Assembly (NCBI GenBank): GCA_041661745.1
Contig: JBAZTR010000002.1
Coordinates: forward strand, 4,368-68,367
Length of the DNA stretch: 64,000 bases
Source: Patescibacteria group bacterium
GTDB taxonomy: Bacteria > Patescibacteriota > Patescibacteriia > UBA9934 > GWF2-40-263
Reading direction: 5' to 3'
Shown here: one piece after another, positions 1 to 9,396 of the stretch
Position numbering within the stretch: position 1 is the stretch's first letter
How the letters are laid out: the number at the start of each line of letters is the position of its first letter
Made by a program: the position numbers and the translations under genes
The notes under the pieces: model-generated
The model's database searches: none
Seen by the model: only the letters and a program-made list of their open reading frames with translations
Told to the model about the DNA's origin: nothing

Positions 1-1326
1 TTCGCTGTCTTTAACAGTTTTGGTAGCATCGCCGGTTCCCACAATACATGGCACACCAAGTTCGCGACTGACAATGGCGGCATGTGAGGTTCGACCACCG
101 CCATCGGTCACAATGGCCGCGGCTTTCTTCATGATCGGCTCCCAGGCCGGATCAGTCATCTTTGTCACTAAAACATCGCCTTCTTTAAAGGCACTTAATT
201 GTTTTGGACTTTTAATCAGGCGAGCTCGACCAACGCCAATTTTTGCGCCAACTGAAATTCCTTTAGTAATAACTTTTCCGCGGTGTGCCAAACGATAAGT
301 TTCAATAACATTTTGATCCTTGCCGGCTTCAACGGTTTCCGGCCGAGCCTGAACAATAAAAAGTTTTTTACTGACGCCATCTTTGGCCCATTCGATGTCC
401 ATGGGTTTACCAAACATCTTTTCAATTTCCACGGCCCACTTGGCCAACTGTAAAACCTCGTTATCACTAATTGAAAATTCAATGCGCTCAGCCGGCGTGG
501 TTGGAACAATGACACTGCCACGTTCTTCATCGGAAACAAACTTTAAAAGTTTGCTGCCTAATTTCTTTTCGATAATTGGCCGATGTGTCTTTAACGTATC
601 TTTGAAAACAACATAGTGATCTGGCACCACTTTACCTTGAACAATCGCCTCGCCATAACCAAAAGACGAATCAACCTGCACCACGCGCGGGAAACCGGTT
701 TCCGTATCAATGGTAAAAATAACACCAGAGGCGCCATTGTTGGAACGAACCATCATTTGCACCCCGACCGACATGGAAACTTTGCGGTGTTTGAATTTTT
801 TATTAACGCGATATGAAATGGCGCGATCGGTAAAAAGCGAGGCAAAACATTTTTGTACGGCCACCACCACATTAGCTGCCCCACCAACGTTTAAAAATGA
901 ATCATGCTGGCCGGCAAACGAAGCCCCAGGTAAATCTTCGGCCGTGGCACTGGAACGCACGGCTACTTTAAGATTAGATATTTTGACTTGGTGACAAAGT
1001 TCGGTGTAAGCCTGGGTTATTTCCTTTACCAACTTTTCCGGCATGGGCACGGCCATGATCATGTCCCGAAGTTTCTTCCCTTCCTCGGCTAATTGCTGAG
1101 TATTGGTTACATCAATCGCTTCAACAGTTCGCCAAACTTTATTTTTTATTGCACTCTCTGTTAGGAATAATTGAAAGGCATTGGCCGTAACCGCAAAACC
1201 CGACGGAATGGGAATATTCTTACGGCTTAAAAGTTTGGTCATTTCACCGAGTGAGGCGTTTTTGCCGCCCACCTGCCCAACCGAACTTGAACGAACTTGT
1301 TTAAACCAAAGAATATTTTTTGCCAT
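1..1326 (-). CDS. ppsA: phosphoenolpyruvate synthase (pyruvate, water dikinase), N-terminal ~440 aa; the 3' end lies outside the window
   Basis: Minus-strand translation from the ATG at 1326 reads MAKNILWF...GGKNASLGEM (PPDK_N-type ATP-grasp start). At the window edge it reaches the PEP-utilising mobile His domain AAIVTDGGGRTSHAAIVSRELGVPCIVG. It is absent from the ORF track only because it runs off the edge. Confidence 0.8.
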   Translation of the reverse strand, partial: MAKNILWFKQVRSSSVGQVGGKNASLGEMTKLLSRKNIPIPSGFAVTANAFQLFLTESAIKNKVWRTVEAIDVTNTQQLAEEGKKLRDMIMAVPMPEKLVKEITQAYTELCHQVKISNLKVAVRSSATAEDLPGASFAGQHDSFLNVGGAANVVVAVQKCFASLFTDRAISYRVNKKFKHRKVSMSVGVQMMVRSNNGASGVIFTIDTETGFPRVVQVDSSFGYGEAIVQGKVVPDHYVVFKDTLKTHRPIIEKKLGSKLLKFVSDEERGSVIVPTTPAERIEFSISDNEVLQLAKWAVEIEKMFGKPMDIEWAKDGVSKKLFIVQARPETVEAGKDQNVIETYRLAHRGKVITKGISVGAKIGVGRARLIKSPKQLSAFKEGDVLVTKMTDPAWEPIMKKAAAIVTDGGGRTSHAAIVSRELGVPCIVGTGDATKTVKDSE

Positions 1327-1327
1327 A

Positions 1328-2716
1328 CTAAATTTCTTTAACCTCGACAAAGTTGACGCGCTTGCCAACCGGTTGACCGGCCAGAACAATAACTTGGCCA
1401 CCTTTTTTAACCAAACGCTGTTTTTTAATTTGACTGGTTGAAGCGGCAATCAATTGATCGATATTTTTTGCTTTAGGCACAACCACCGGGCGAACCGACC
1501 AAGAAAGACAAAGTTGATGACGGACAAATTCCGAAGCCGTAGCCGCGATGATCGGCAACTCGGGACGAAAACGACTGACCAATCGAGCAGTACTGCCAGT
1601 TAAAGTGGCGACCAGAATAGCGTCGGCTTTTAAAGTGCGCGACAACATGTTGGCCGCTCCGCCAATCGCGTCTTCAACCATTTTTACGAACTTAGAAGTT
1701 TCATCAATGGTCACGTCATCAAACGGCGAAGCCTCAGTTTCCCGGACAATTTTTGCCATGGTGGCCACGGTTTCAACCGGATATTTACCGGTGGCCGTTT
1801 CGCCTGACAACATGACGGCATCGGTATGATCAATAACCGCGTTGGCCACGTCGGAAACTTCGGCCCGAGTCGGCCTGGGGTTGCGAATCATGGAATCAAG
1901 CATTTGGGTGGCGACAATAACCGGTTTACCGGCGGCCCGACATTTTTCAATAATTTCTTTTTGAACGAGCGGCACTTGCTCGGCCGGAATTTCCACACCC
2001 AAATCGCCGCGAGCCACCATAACCCCATCAACGGCTTGCAAAATTTTATCAAATTTTCTTACGGCCTCGTGCTTTTCGATTTTGGCAATAATCATGGGAA
2101 CTGGTTGACCTGGTTTAACCGCGCTTTTTAAAATGCGGCGCAGAGCATGAACGGCCGACGGATCAATAACAAACGACAAGGCCACATAATGTGTGCCGGC
2201 CTCTGCACAAAATATCGCATCTTTCTTGTCTTTAGGGGTAAGCGAACTAATTTTAAGCGTTGAGTCGGGAAAATTTAACCCCTTATGCGACATTAATGTG
2301 CCGCCGACATGAATTTTAATTTTCAGTTTTCCTTTGCTACCGCCGGCACAAACGCCATCCATTAAACCATCCTCCATCAAAACACGATCGCCGCGTTTAA
2401 CATCGCGATAAAGATTTTCGTAAGTCACGGGAATTTCCACGGTCGCCCCTTTAACTAATTTGATTCCTTCAACCGGCACTTCCCCCACCCTAATTTTGGG
2501 CCCCTGTAAATCACCAATAATGGCCACCGATTCATGGGCGGCTTTTTCCGCGGCCCGAATGTGACCGATTATTTTTTTGTGTTCAGCATAAGTGCCGTGC
2601 GAAAAATTAAGCCGAGCCACATTCATGCCAGACAAAATCATGCGCTTTAGAATTGGCGACGTCGCCGAAGCCGGACCGATAGTACAAACAATCTTTGTTC
2701 GTTTTTCCGTTTTCAT
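1328..2716 (-). CDS. pyk: pyruvate kinase
   Basis: 462-aa ORF beginning KIVCTIGPAS...NVARLNFSHG, with characteristic pyruvate-kinase motifs (MVARGDLGVEIP). Confidence 0.9.
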   Translation of the reverse strand: MKTEKRTKIVCTIGPASATSPILKRMILSGMNVARLNFSHGTYAEHKKIIGHIRAAEKAAHESVAIIGDLQGPKIRVGEVPVEGIKLVKGATVEIPVTYENLYRDVKRGDRVLMEDGLMDGVCAGGSKGKLKIKIHVGGTLMSHKGLNFPDSTLKISSLTPKDKKDAIFCAEAGTHYVALSFVIDPSAVHALRRILKSAVKPGQPVPMIIAKIEKHEAVRKFDKILQAVDGVMVARGDLGVEIPAEQVPLVQKEIIEKCRAAGKPVIVATQMLDSMIRNPRPTRAEVSDVANAVIDHTDAVMLSGETATGKYPVETVATMAKIVRETEASPFDDVTIDETSKFVKMVEDAIGGAANMLSRTLKADAILVATLTGSTARLVSRFRPELPIIAATASEFVRHQLCLSWSVRPVVVPKAKNIDQLIAASTSQIKKQRLVKKGGQVIVLAGQPVGKRVNFVEVKEI

Positions 2717-2726
2717 AAATTATTTT

Positions 2727-3914
2727 TTATTCACTCTCCTTATACTCTTCAAGGGTAACGGAAATTTCTATTTCAGTTCCCGAACGTAAAACCGTCATTT
2801 TCAAAGTCTCACCAGGCATATGTTCACGGACTATTTGCGACAAAGTTTCGTCTTCAGTTAAAGCCTGTCCATCAATCTTGGTAATTATATCACCCTCCTT
2901 TAAGCCGGCCTTGGCCGCTGGGCCGTCGGCCACCACGGCTGAGTCGCTACCATCGGTTGTAATCAAAGCGCCGCTATCAACTGCCAAATCATTCTCCTTG
3001 GCGTAATCTTTAGATATCACAACAAAACGCACCCCAAGCCATGGCCGAACAATTCGCCCTTCCTCTTGAACACTGGAAACGGCTTGTTTAATTTCACTAA
3101 CCGGAATAGCAAAACCCAAACCCTGGCCATTGGAGCTAACTGCTGTATTCATACCAATCACCTCACCCATCAAATTGATAAGCGGCCCGCCGGAGTTGCC
3201 GGGATTAATGGCCGCATCGGTTTGAATAGCTCCTTCGATGACTTCACCACCACTAGTGTAATCGTAAGCCGAAATGCGGCGATTAACACCAGAAACCACA
3301 CCCTTAGTCACGGTATTTTGATATTGTGAGAGAGCATTACCAATAGCAATGACAGTTTGGCCGACCTGAATATTTTCAGAATCGCCAAAAGTAACGGTGG
3401 GAAAATTAGCGCCTTCAATTTTCATTATGGCAATGTCAAAGAACGGATCCATATCAACCACTGTGGCGTCGTACTCTTGATCATCGTTGGTCACTACGGT
3501 AAAGACGGCTTCTTTAACATCGGCCACGTGACGATTGGTAACGATGTAACCGTCACTGGTCACAAAAAAACCAGTGCCTGCTCCGACCTCAATCAATTCA
3601 TCGGAAGCCGAACTGTCCGAAGGCGCTTGTCCGTAAAAATAATCGTTAAACGAATTGGCTTGTGGAACACTGGCCTTCTGTTTAATAATAATACTAACCA
3701 CGGCCGGAGTAACACTGTCGACGACACTGATCGTAGATGATTCTTCTTCAATCATGCGAACAATATTTTTATCAGCTTCGCCATTGAAAGACAATTCTGA
3801 TGATAAAGAAAGAAACTGGCCGGCCAAAAATCCGCCCAGGCCGCCAAAAGCGGTGGAGATAAGCACGGTCACGGCTAAAAGAACGATGAAAGTGGTAGAA
3901 CGTGGAGTTTCCAT
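2727..3914 (-). CDS. htrA: HtrA/DegP-family trypsin-like serine protease with a C-terminal PDZ domain
   Basis: N-terminal TM segment, GTGFFVTSDGYIVTNRHV (His box), GNSGGPL (Ser box), and a PDZ-like C-terminus. Confidence 0.85.
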   Translation of the reverse strand: METPRSTTFIVLLAVTVLISTAFGGLGGFLAGQFLSLSSELSFNGEADKNIVRMIEEESSTISVVDSVTPAVVSIIIKQKASVPQANSFNDYFYGQAPSDSSASDELIEVGAGTGFFVTSDGYIVTNRHVADVKEAVFTVVTNDDQEYDATVVDMDPFFDIAIMKIEGANFPTVTFGDSENIQVGQTVIAIGNALSQYQNTVTKGVVSGVNRRISAYDYTSGGEVIEGAIQTDAAINPGNSGGPLINLMGEVIGMNTAVSSNGQGLGFAIPVSEIKQAVSSVQEEGRIVRPWLGVRFVVISKDYAKENDLAVDSGALITTDGSDSAVVADGPAAKAGLKEGDIITKIDGQALTEDETLSQIVREHMPGETLKMTVLRSGTEIEISVTLEEYKESE

Positions 3915-3951
3915 AATAATGGGTGAATTAATAACCGGTTAATTATACTAC

Positions 3952-3983
3952 AAAAAAAGAACCGCCGGAAGTTGGTGGCGGTC
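3952..3983 (-). terminator. rho-independent terminator downstream of ftsZ and the structured element, upstream of the htrA promoter
   Basis: On the minus strand, GACCGCCACCAACTTCCGGCGGTTC hairpin followed by TTTTTTT. A TATAAT -10 for htrA follows at about 3947-3942. Confidence 0.6.
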
Positions 3984-4150
3984 TTGGTTTTAGGCGACGT
4001 TCGGGGGTTGATTGGTTTGCTGGGCAGTATGACTTGGACAGTTGGTATTCGGGCGTTATAGGGCGCTAAGGCAAGGAAAATATTTCTTCAATAAAGCCCT
4101 TTAATGCCCGAGCGCCGCCTAACCAAACCGACCCCCGAAGGCCACTCAAA

Positions 4151-5410
4151 TTACATCATTTTCTTTCTGATAAATGCTGGGATTTCCAATTCTTCCTCTT
4201 CAGTCGGCGGGGCCACCGGAGCCGGGCGTGGTGTTGGTCTTGGTTGTGGTTGTGGATTTATAGGAATATTTCTTAGTGGCATTGGCTCTTCGATAAATCT
4301 AGGTTTCATCGGTTGTGGCTGAACCGGCGGGGCGGCTGGTTTAGCCTGACGTTTTTCGTCTTCTTGGCGCGAGAAGAACGAGCTTGGGGTCCAAGTGCCT
4401 TGTGACTGCACCTCCACTCCACCACCCGGACGACGACGTTCGCGCTGATCAAAACCGGTCGCGACCACAGTAATACGAACTTCGTCTTTCATGTCTTCAT
4501 CAATATTGGCACCAAAGATAACCTTGGCATCTTCATCAGCCGAACTGGTAATAACCTTAGCCGCTTCGGCCACTTCGTGCATACCAAGATCTTTACCGCC
4601 GGTGATGGTAAACAAGACGCCGCGAGCGCCATCAACCGAAAGCTCAAGAAGCGGACTGGCAATAGCTTGCTTAGCGGCTTCCACGGCACGATTTTCACCT
4701 GAAGCGCGACCGATACCCATGAGAGCTGAACCAGCATCTTCCATGATCGCCTTAACATCGGCAAAGTCAACGTTAATTAATCCGGGCACGGTAATCAGTT
4801 CAGAGATTCCCTGCACACCCTGACGCAAAACATCATCAACAATATTAAAAGCGTCAATGAGAGAAGTTTTCTTATCAATAATTTGTAAAACACGATCGTT
4901 TGGAATAGTAATCACGGTATCAACAAATTGAATCAGTTGGTTATAAGCTTCATCAGCAATGCGGCGGCGTTGTGCACCTTCAAAACCAAAAGGTTTGGTA
5001 ACCACGGCAATTGTAAGAGCCCCAATGTCTTTAGCCAGTTTGGCAACTTCAGGAATTGCCCCGCTACCAGTGCCGCCACCCAAACCGCAAGTCAAAAAAA
5101 CCATATCCGCACCATTCAAGGCATTGCGAATATCGTTTTGACTTTCTTCGGCCGCACGGCGACCAAGCTCGGGATTCATGCCAGCCCCTAAACCGCGGGT
5201 GATAGTTTTACCAATGGCAATTTTGGTCGCAGCCAAGTTGGTATGAAGAGCCTGAACATCGGTGTTGATGGAAATAAAATCAACACCTTTTATTTTATCG
5301 TTGATCATGCGGTTGACCGCGGCACCACCACCACCACCAATTCCGCAAACTTTTATCTTGGCGTAGGTTTGAATGTCGGGTTTAACTTCGGCCATATATT
5401 TGGTATTCAA
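4151..5410 (-). CDS. ftsZ: cell division GTPase FtsZ
   Basis: GGGTGSG tubulin signature. Pro-rich C-terminal linker and the conserved C-terminal peptide EELEIPAFIRKK. Confidence 0.95.
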   Translation of the reverse strand: MNTKYMAEVKPDIQTYAKIKVCGIGGGGGAAVNRMINDKIKGVDFISINTDVQALHTNLAATKIAIGKTITRGLGAGMNPELGRRAAEESQNDIRNALNGADMVFLTCGLGGGTGSGAIPEVAKLAKDIGALTIAVVTKPFGFEGAQRRRIADEAYNQLIQFVDTVITIPNDRVLQIIDKKTSLIDAFNIVDDVLRQGVQGISELITVPGLINVDFADVKAIMEDAGSALMGIGRASGENRAVEAAKQAIASPLLELSVDGARGVLFTITGGKDLGMHEVAEAAKVITSSADEDAKVIFGANIDEDMKDEVRITVVATGFDQRERRRPGGGVEVQSQGTWTPSSFFSRQEDEKRQAKPAAPPVQPQPMKPRFIEEPMPLRNIPINPQPQPRPTPRPAPVAPPTEEEELEIPAFIRKKMM

Positions 5411-5503
5411 ACTAATTAAACGTGAACACTAATTTTCGTCAGTTTCCTCCATGCAGAAATACTTTATGGCTCAAGAGGGTTGTTGTAAAGGTGAAGCTGT
5501 GGA

Positions 5504-5530
5504 CAAAAAAAGACGGAAGCGTTTCCGTCT
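5504..5530 (-). terminator. rho-independent terminator between ftsA and ftsZ
   Basis: On the minus strand, AGACGGAAACGCTTCCGTCT hairpin followed by TTTTTTTG. Confidence 0.6.
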
Positions 5531-5553
5531 TGTCTTAATTTTAAATTATCGGG

Positions 5554-6813
5554 TTACGGCCTGAGCGATTTGAACCATCCACCAACCACTCCGGCAACAT
5601 TTTTTACCCCTTTCATTTTGTTAAAAATCTGACCAAACTTGCCATCGTGAACTTGGGCCATAGTGTTGTGCCCCCACAAAACCAAACCAATAGCCGTGGC
5701 CATACCCGGGTCATTCACCCGTTCAACAACCGAAGTAACACCAATTGGCGTACCAAGGGAGGCTGGCAGGCGCAGAGTCTTTTTAGCGGCTTCAACAATG
5801 CCATGCATTTTAGCTCCGCCACCGGTTAAAATAACACCGGCCGGCAACATACCGGACCGGCCGATCTTACGCAACTCCTCATCAACTTTTTCAAAAATTT
5901 CCGAAACACGAGCTTCGGCAATGTCAGCAATAAAACGACGACCAACAATTTCTTCCTCAACCGCGCCCAAGTCAGCCAAGTTTACCTCTTCTTTTTTATT
6001 AATCTCCTCTGGCGAAGCACTGGCATAACGCAATTTGGCCTTTTCTGCTACCTCAATCGAGGTTCTAAGACCGATAGCAATATCAGAAGTAATATGAGCC
6101 GCCCCAATCGGCAGAACCGCGGCGTGTAAGACATCACCTTCTTCAAAAACAATTAAACCAGTGGTCGAGGCCCCGATGTTAATAACACAGGCCCCAAGAT
6201 CTTTTTGTTTGGCAGTGATGACCGCATCGGTCGTTGCCAAAATAGACAAAACAACATCTTCGATATCAATTCCCGTGCGATGAATAGCTTTTGTAATGTT
6301 TTTGATTTGCGTTGTTTGGCCTTGAACAATAAGTGCATCCACTTCAAGACGAATGCCGGTCATACCAACCGGATCTTTAATGCCCCGCTGGCCATCAACA
6401 GTAAAGCTGCGCGGCAAGACATGTAGGATTTCGCTGTTAGCCGGCATAGCCACGGTACGGGCCGCATCAATGGCACGATCAACGTCGTCATCACGAATTT
6501 CGCTGTCGCCACGGGCCACTCCGACCACTCCGCGACTTTCCTGGCAGCTGATATGAGTTCCATTAATTCCCACCCAGGCTCGGCTCATTGGTAAACCGGT
6601 CAGACGCTCGGCTTGTTCCAAGGCCCGGGAAACCGAAGAAACCGCATCTTCAATGCTGGTGACGTTTCCTTTATTTACTCCTTCGGAAGGAATTTCAACG
6701 GCTCCGATAATATGGATAACATCTTTGCCCTCCTCGGCTGGCAAAGGCTGGCCAACCACAACCCGAACGGCGTGTGAGCCAATATCCAATCCGACAATTA
6801 TGTCTTCATTCAT
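5554..6813 (-). CDS. ftsA: cell division protein FtsA (actin-like ATPase)
   Basis: MNEDIIVGLDIGSHAVRVVVG start and actin-fold motifs, located immediately upstream of ftsZ. Confidence 0.9.
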   Translation of the reverse strand: MNEDIIVGLDIGSHAVRVVVGQPLPAEEGKDVIHIIGAVEIPSEGVNKGNVTSIEDAVSSVSRALEQAERLTGLPMSRAWVGINGTHISCQESRGVVGVARGDSEIRDDDVDRAIDAARTVAMPANSEILHVLPRSFTVDGQRGIKDPVGMTGIRLEVDALIVQGQTTQIKNITKAIHRTGIDIEDVVLSILATTDAVITAKQKDLGACVINIGASTTGLIVFEEGDVLHAAVLPIGAAHITSDIAIGLRTSIEVAEKAKLRYASASPEEINKKEEVNLADLGAVEEEIVGRRFIADIAEARVSEIFEKVDEELRKIGRSGMLPAGVILTGGGAKMHGIVEAAKKTLRLPASLGTPIGVTSVVERVNDPGMATAIGLVLWGHNTMAQVHDGKFGQIFNKMKGVKNVAGVVGGWFKSLRP

Positions 6814-6864
6814 ATCGCATTATAACCAGGCGCTACCTGTTGTTTTTATAAGTATATCGACTTT

Positions 6865-7236
6865 TCAAGCCGCGAACAAGCGGATGATGTGTGGAAAAAA
6901 AATAATAAGGCCGATAATCGCAGAAAATATCGAAGCCACTAAAACCGCCGCGGCCATAATATCTTTAATTTCTCCGACAATCGGATTAAGTCGCGGTTTA
7001 AAAGCATCAACAATTCTTTCAAAAATACTATTAATCATTTCCAGAATTAAAACCAAAGCCACCAACAAAAAGACGATAATTTTTTCAAAAGCCGTTATTG
7101 GAAAAAAGACGGCAAAAAACACAACTAGAACACCGGCTAAAAGTTGTAGACGAAAACTTTGCTCGGTTTTTGCCAAAGTCTTAATACCACGCAAAGCGTG
7201 CGAAAAACTTCTAAAGAGGGATCTAAATTTAACCAT
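6865..7236 (-). CDS. dgkA: diacylglycerol kinase / undecaprenol kinase family (DgkA)
   Basis: 123-aa protein with three TM segments and the DgkA-type EMINSIFE motif. Confidence 0.7.
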   Translation of the reverse strand: MVKFRSLFRSFSHALRGIKTLAKTEQSFRLQLLAGVLVVFFAVFFPITAFEKIIVFLLVALVLILEMINSIFERIVDAFKPRLNPIVGEIKDIMAAAVLVASIFSAIIGLIIFFPHIIRLFAA

Positions 7237-7660
7237 ATTCGGGAATCGACCAGTCGATTTTTAAACTTTTTAAAATTTTTTGTTGCAAAGTGAACATTTT
7301 TTCCGCTTCTGTTTTCTTCATATGATCAAAAGAAAACAAATGGAGCAAGCCGTGAACTAAAAGAATAACTACTTCGTCTTCTGTAGAATGACTGTATTGC
7401 CTTCCCTGCTTTTTGGCCCTGTCTAAACATATCACCACCTCACCGGCCATTGATGGATCATTAAAAGGAAAGGATAAGACGTCGGTTACTTTGTCGACCC
7501 CGCGATACTCCCGATTAAGCCGGCGAATGACCGTTGGTGAAACAAAGGCAAGCGATACCCCAACCTTCTTTTTTAATCTTAAAAAAGAAGAAACTTGTTT
7601 TAAGGTTTTTTTAAAAACTTTTTCCGACAAAAAAGGGGCTTCACATTCAACTACCAACAT
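7229..7660 (-). CDS. ybeY: rRNA maturation RNase YbeY
   Basis: HGLLHLFSFDH zinc-binding motif (HxxxHxxxxxH). Confidence 0.85.
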   Translation of the reverse strand: MLVVECEAPFLSEKVFKKTLKQVSSFLRLKKKVGVSLAFVSPTVIRRLNREYRGVDKVTDVLSFPFNDPSMAGEVVICLDRAKKQGRQYSHSTEDEVVILLVHGLLHLFSFDHMKKTEAEKMFTLQQKILKSLKIDWSIPEYG

Positions 7661-7662
7661 AA

Positions 7663-8736
7663 CTATGGCGCAAGCGTTAAATTATTCATCATCATTTCAA
7701 AAGTCGTCAAATAATCAACACTGGCTTTTACCGTGTTTTGATAACTCACAACAATCACCCTGGTCCCAGACTCAATGTAAACAGTCATCTGGTCTTCGGC
7801 TTCTAAAGTTGAATAGCCTTGTTTGGTTTCGCCGGAGGTAACTTTAACCTCAGAACTAAGATTTGTTCCACTGAACCAGTCGGCTAAGCTTACTCCGACC
7901 TCTTTACTTTCAAGGCCAATGGTTATGGTTTCACCGCTTGGGACAACAAAGGTTGTGCTTCCATCAGTTCCTTCACGAACTGTCCAGGCTTGGGGATATA
8001 AAATCTCGAAAACCCCCATCTTTTGATAAAGCGTAACAACCGAGGAATCACGTAGATGCGCCGGGTCTGGAGAATTCGGATCATAACCATTAAAAACTTC
8101 GTTACCGTCAAGAAAGCCATCGCTATCAGTATCAGGTTTTTTGGAACTTGTTTTATAAAGAATTTCTTCAGCGTCGGTCAAACCGTCGCTGTCAGTGTCG
8201 CGACCGGGCTGCGAATTATTGGGAAACGGCGAAGCTGAGTTTGTCGACGGTTGATTTGTTGCCTGATTAGTATTGGTATTGGTTGCCGGCTGATTAGTGG
8301 GTTTGTTTACATTAACTGAATTATTAGTTGTTGTGTTAACTAGAGGTGTAGTTGTTACTGGTTTAAAAACAAAATAAAGATAAACTCCGGAACCAACTAA
8401 AACTACCAGCAAAACTACCCCAGCAATTAAAAGAGCTCGGGTAGTTTTTGACATTCCCTTCTTTTTTCCCCTCACCCCTGTCCCCTCTCCCTTAGGGAGA
8501 GGGGTTGGGGAGAGGGGTCGAGGCGCTGGGACAAGCGGCGGCGGCAAAGCGGCTGGGCTAGCGGCGGCCGCTGGCTTCATTGTCGGCGGATTTACCCGAG
8601 CCGCCAAGCCGCGAAATTTTTCCGGCATGGAAAAAACCTGCGGCGCGCCTGCGGAAGCCTTGGCAGTTGGCGGAACCTCGATCTTTTTTTGTCCGGCATC
8701 TTCAAACATACTTTTTAAAATTTTCAATTTGTCCAA
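7663..8736 (-). CDS. hypothetical single-pass membrane protein with a Pro-rich cytoplasmic N-terminus, extracellular Ca-binding DxDxDG (thrombospondin-3-like) repeats and an unknown C-terminal domain; paralog 1 of 3
   Basis: Shares the MFED start with the next gene. TM helix LLIAGVVLLVVLVGSGVYLYFVF, then DTDSDGLTDAEE and DTDSDGFLDGNEV repeats. Contains an in-frame copy of the hairpin repeat at 8471-8517. Confidence 0.6.
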   Translation of the reverse strand: MDKLKILKSMFEDAGQKKIEVPPTAKASAGAPQVFSMPEKFRGLAARVNPPTMKPAAAASPAALPPPLVPAPRPLSPTPLPKGEGTGVRGKKKGMSKTTRALLIAGVVLLVVLVGSGVYLYFVFKPVTTTPLVNTTTNNSVNVNKPTNQPATNTNTNQATNQPSTNSASPFPNNSQPGRDTDSDGLTDAEEILYKTSSKKPDTDSDGFLDGNEVFNGYDPNSPDPAHLRDSSVVTLYQKMGVFEILYPQAWTVREGTDGSTTFVVPSGETITIGLESKEVGVSLADWFSGTNLSSEVKVTSGETKQGYSTLEAEDQMTVYIESGTRVIVVSYQNTVKASVDYLTTFEMMMNNLTLAP

Positions 8737-8743
8737 TTATCAA

Positions 8744-9361
8744 CTAGTTATTTCCCGGCAGTTCAAACAATTTTCCGGCCCCGTTGGGATTATAACCGCT
8801 TTTGACTTCGGCTCCATCAAGATAACTGTCGCCGTCAGTATCAGGATTAAGCGGATCGGTTTTATAGACATCAACTTCCTCTCGGTCAAACAGTCCGTCG
8901 TCGTCAGTATCGGTTTTTTGGGCACTGGTACCAAGCTCGGCTTCGCGGGCGTCGGTTAATCCATCTTTATCAGTATCGACTTCCACAACGGTTTCTGGCA
9001 CAACTTCCTCTACGAGAGTCTCTTCCTCCTCAACATTTGTAGTTTGCTCCACAGCCGCGTTGTTGGCAATATTGGTTAAACTTTCGGTAACCGGCTCGCG
9101 GCTGCCTAAAATCATTGTCGACAACCATGCTCCGACGGCAATTACTATCACGGCGCCCATAATAATAATGATTGGTTTCCAACCTGAACTATGATTAATC
9201 ACCGGCGCTGTTTGCGGCGGCATTGGGGTTGGCGCGGAAACGAGCGGTGGCACTGAAGGGGTGGCGACCGGTCGTTGCGGCGGACGAAAAGGTGGCGGAA
9301 CATCCTCGGGTTTATCGGTTTCGGCAAAAATATCCGGTGGCTGTTTTATATCTTCGAACAT
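8744..9361 (-). CDS. hypothetical single-pass membrane protein with C-terminal Ca-binding DxDxDG repeats; paralog 2 of 3
   Basis: MFEDIKQ start, Pro-rich segment, one TM helix. DTDKDGLTDAREAE, DTDDDGLFD and DTDGDSYLDGAEVKSGYNPNGAGKL repeats. Confidence 0.6.
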   Translation of the reverse strand: MFEDIKQPPDIFAETDKPEDVPPPFRPPQRPVATPSVPPLVSAPTPMPPQTAPVINHSSGWKPIIIIMGAVIVIAVGAWLSTMILGSREPVTESLTNIANNAAVEQTTNVEEEETLVEEVVPETVVEVDTDKDGLTDAREAELGTSAQKTDTDDDGLFDREEVDVYKTDPLNPDTDGDSYLDGAEVKSGYNPNGAGKLFELPGNN

Positions 9362-9396
9362 AATTTTATTTTCTAATTTTTAATTAAGAAAAAATT

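Noticed and set aside
20-994. Several 60-110-aa + strand ORFs at the window start (20-298, 383-616, 710-994).
   Set aside because: They are antisense shadow ORFs inside the minus-strand ppsA coding region, which the ORF track omits because it runs off the window edge. The minus-strand translation gives unmistakable PEP-synthase sequence.
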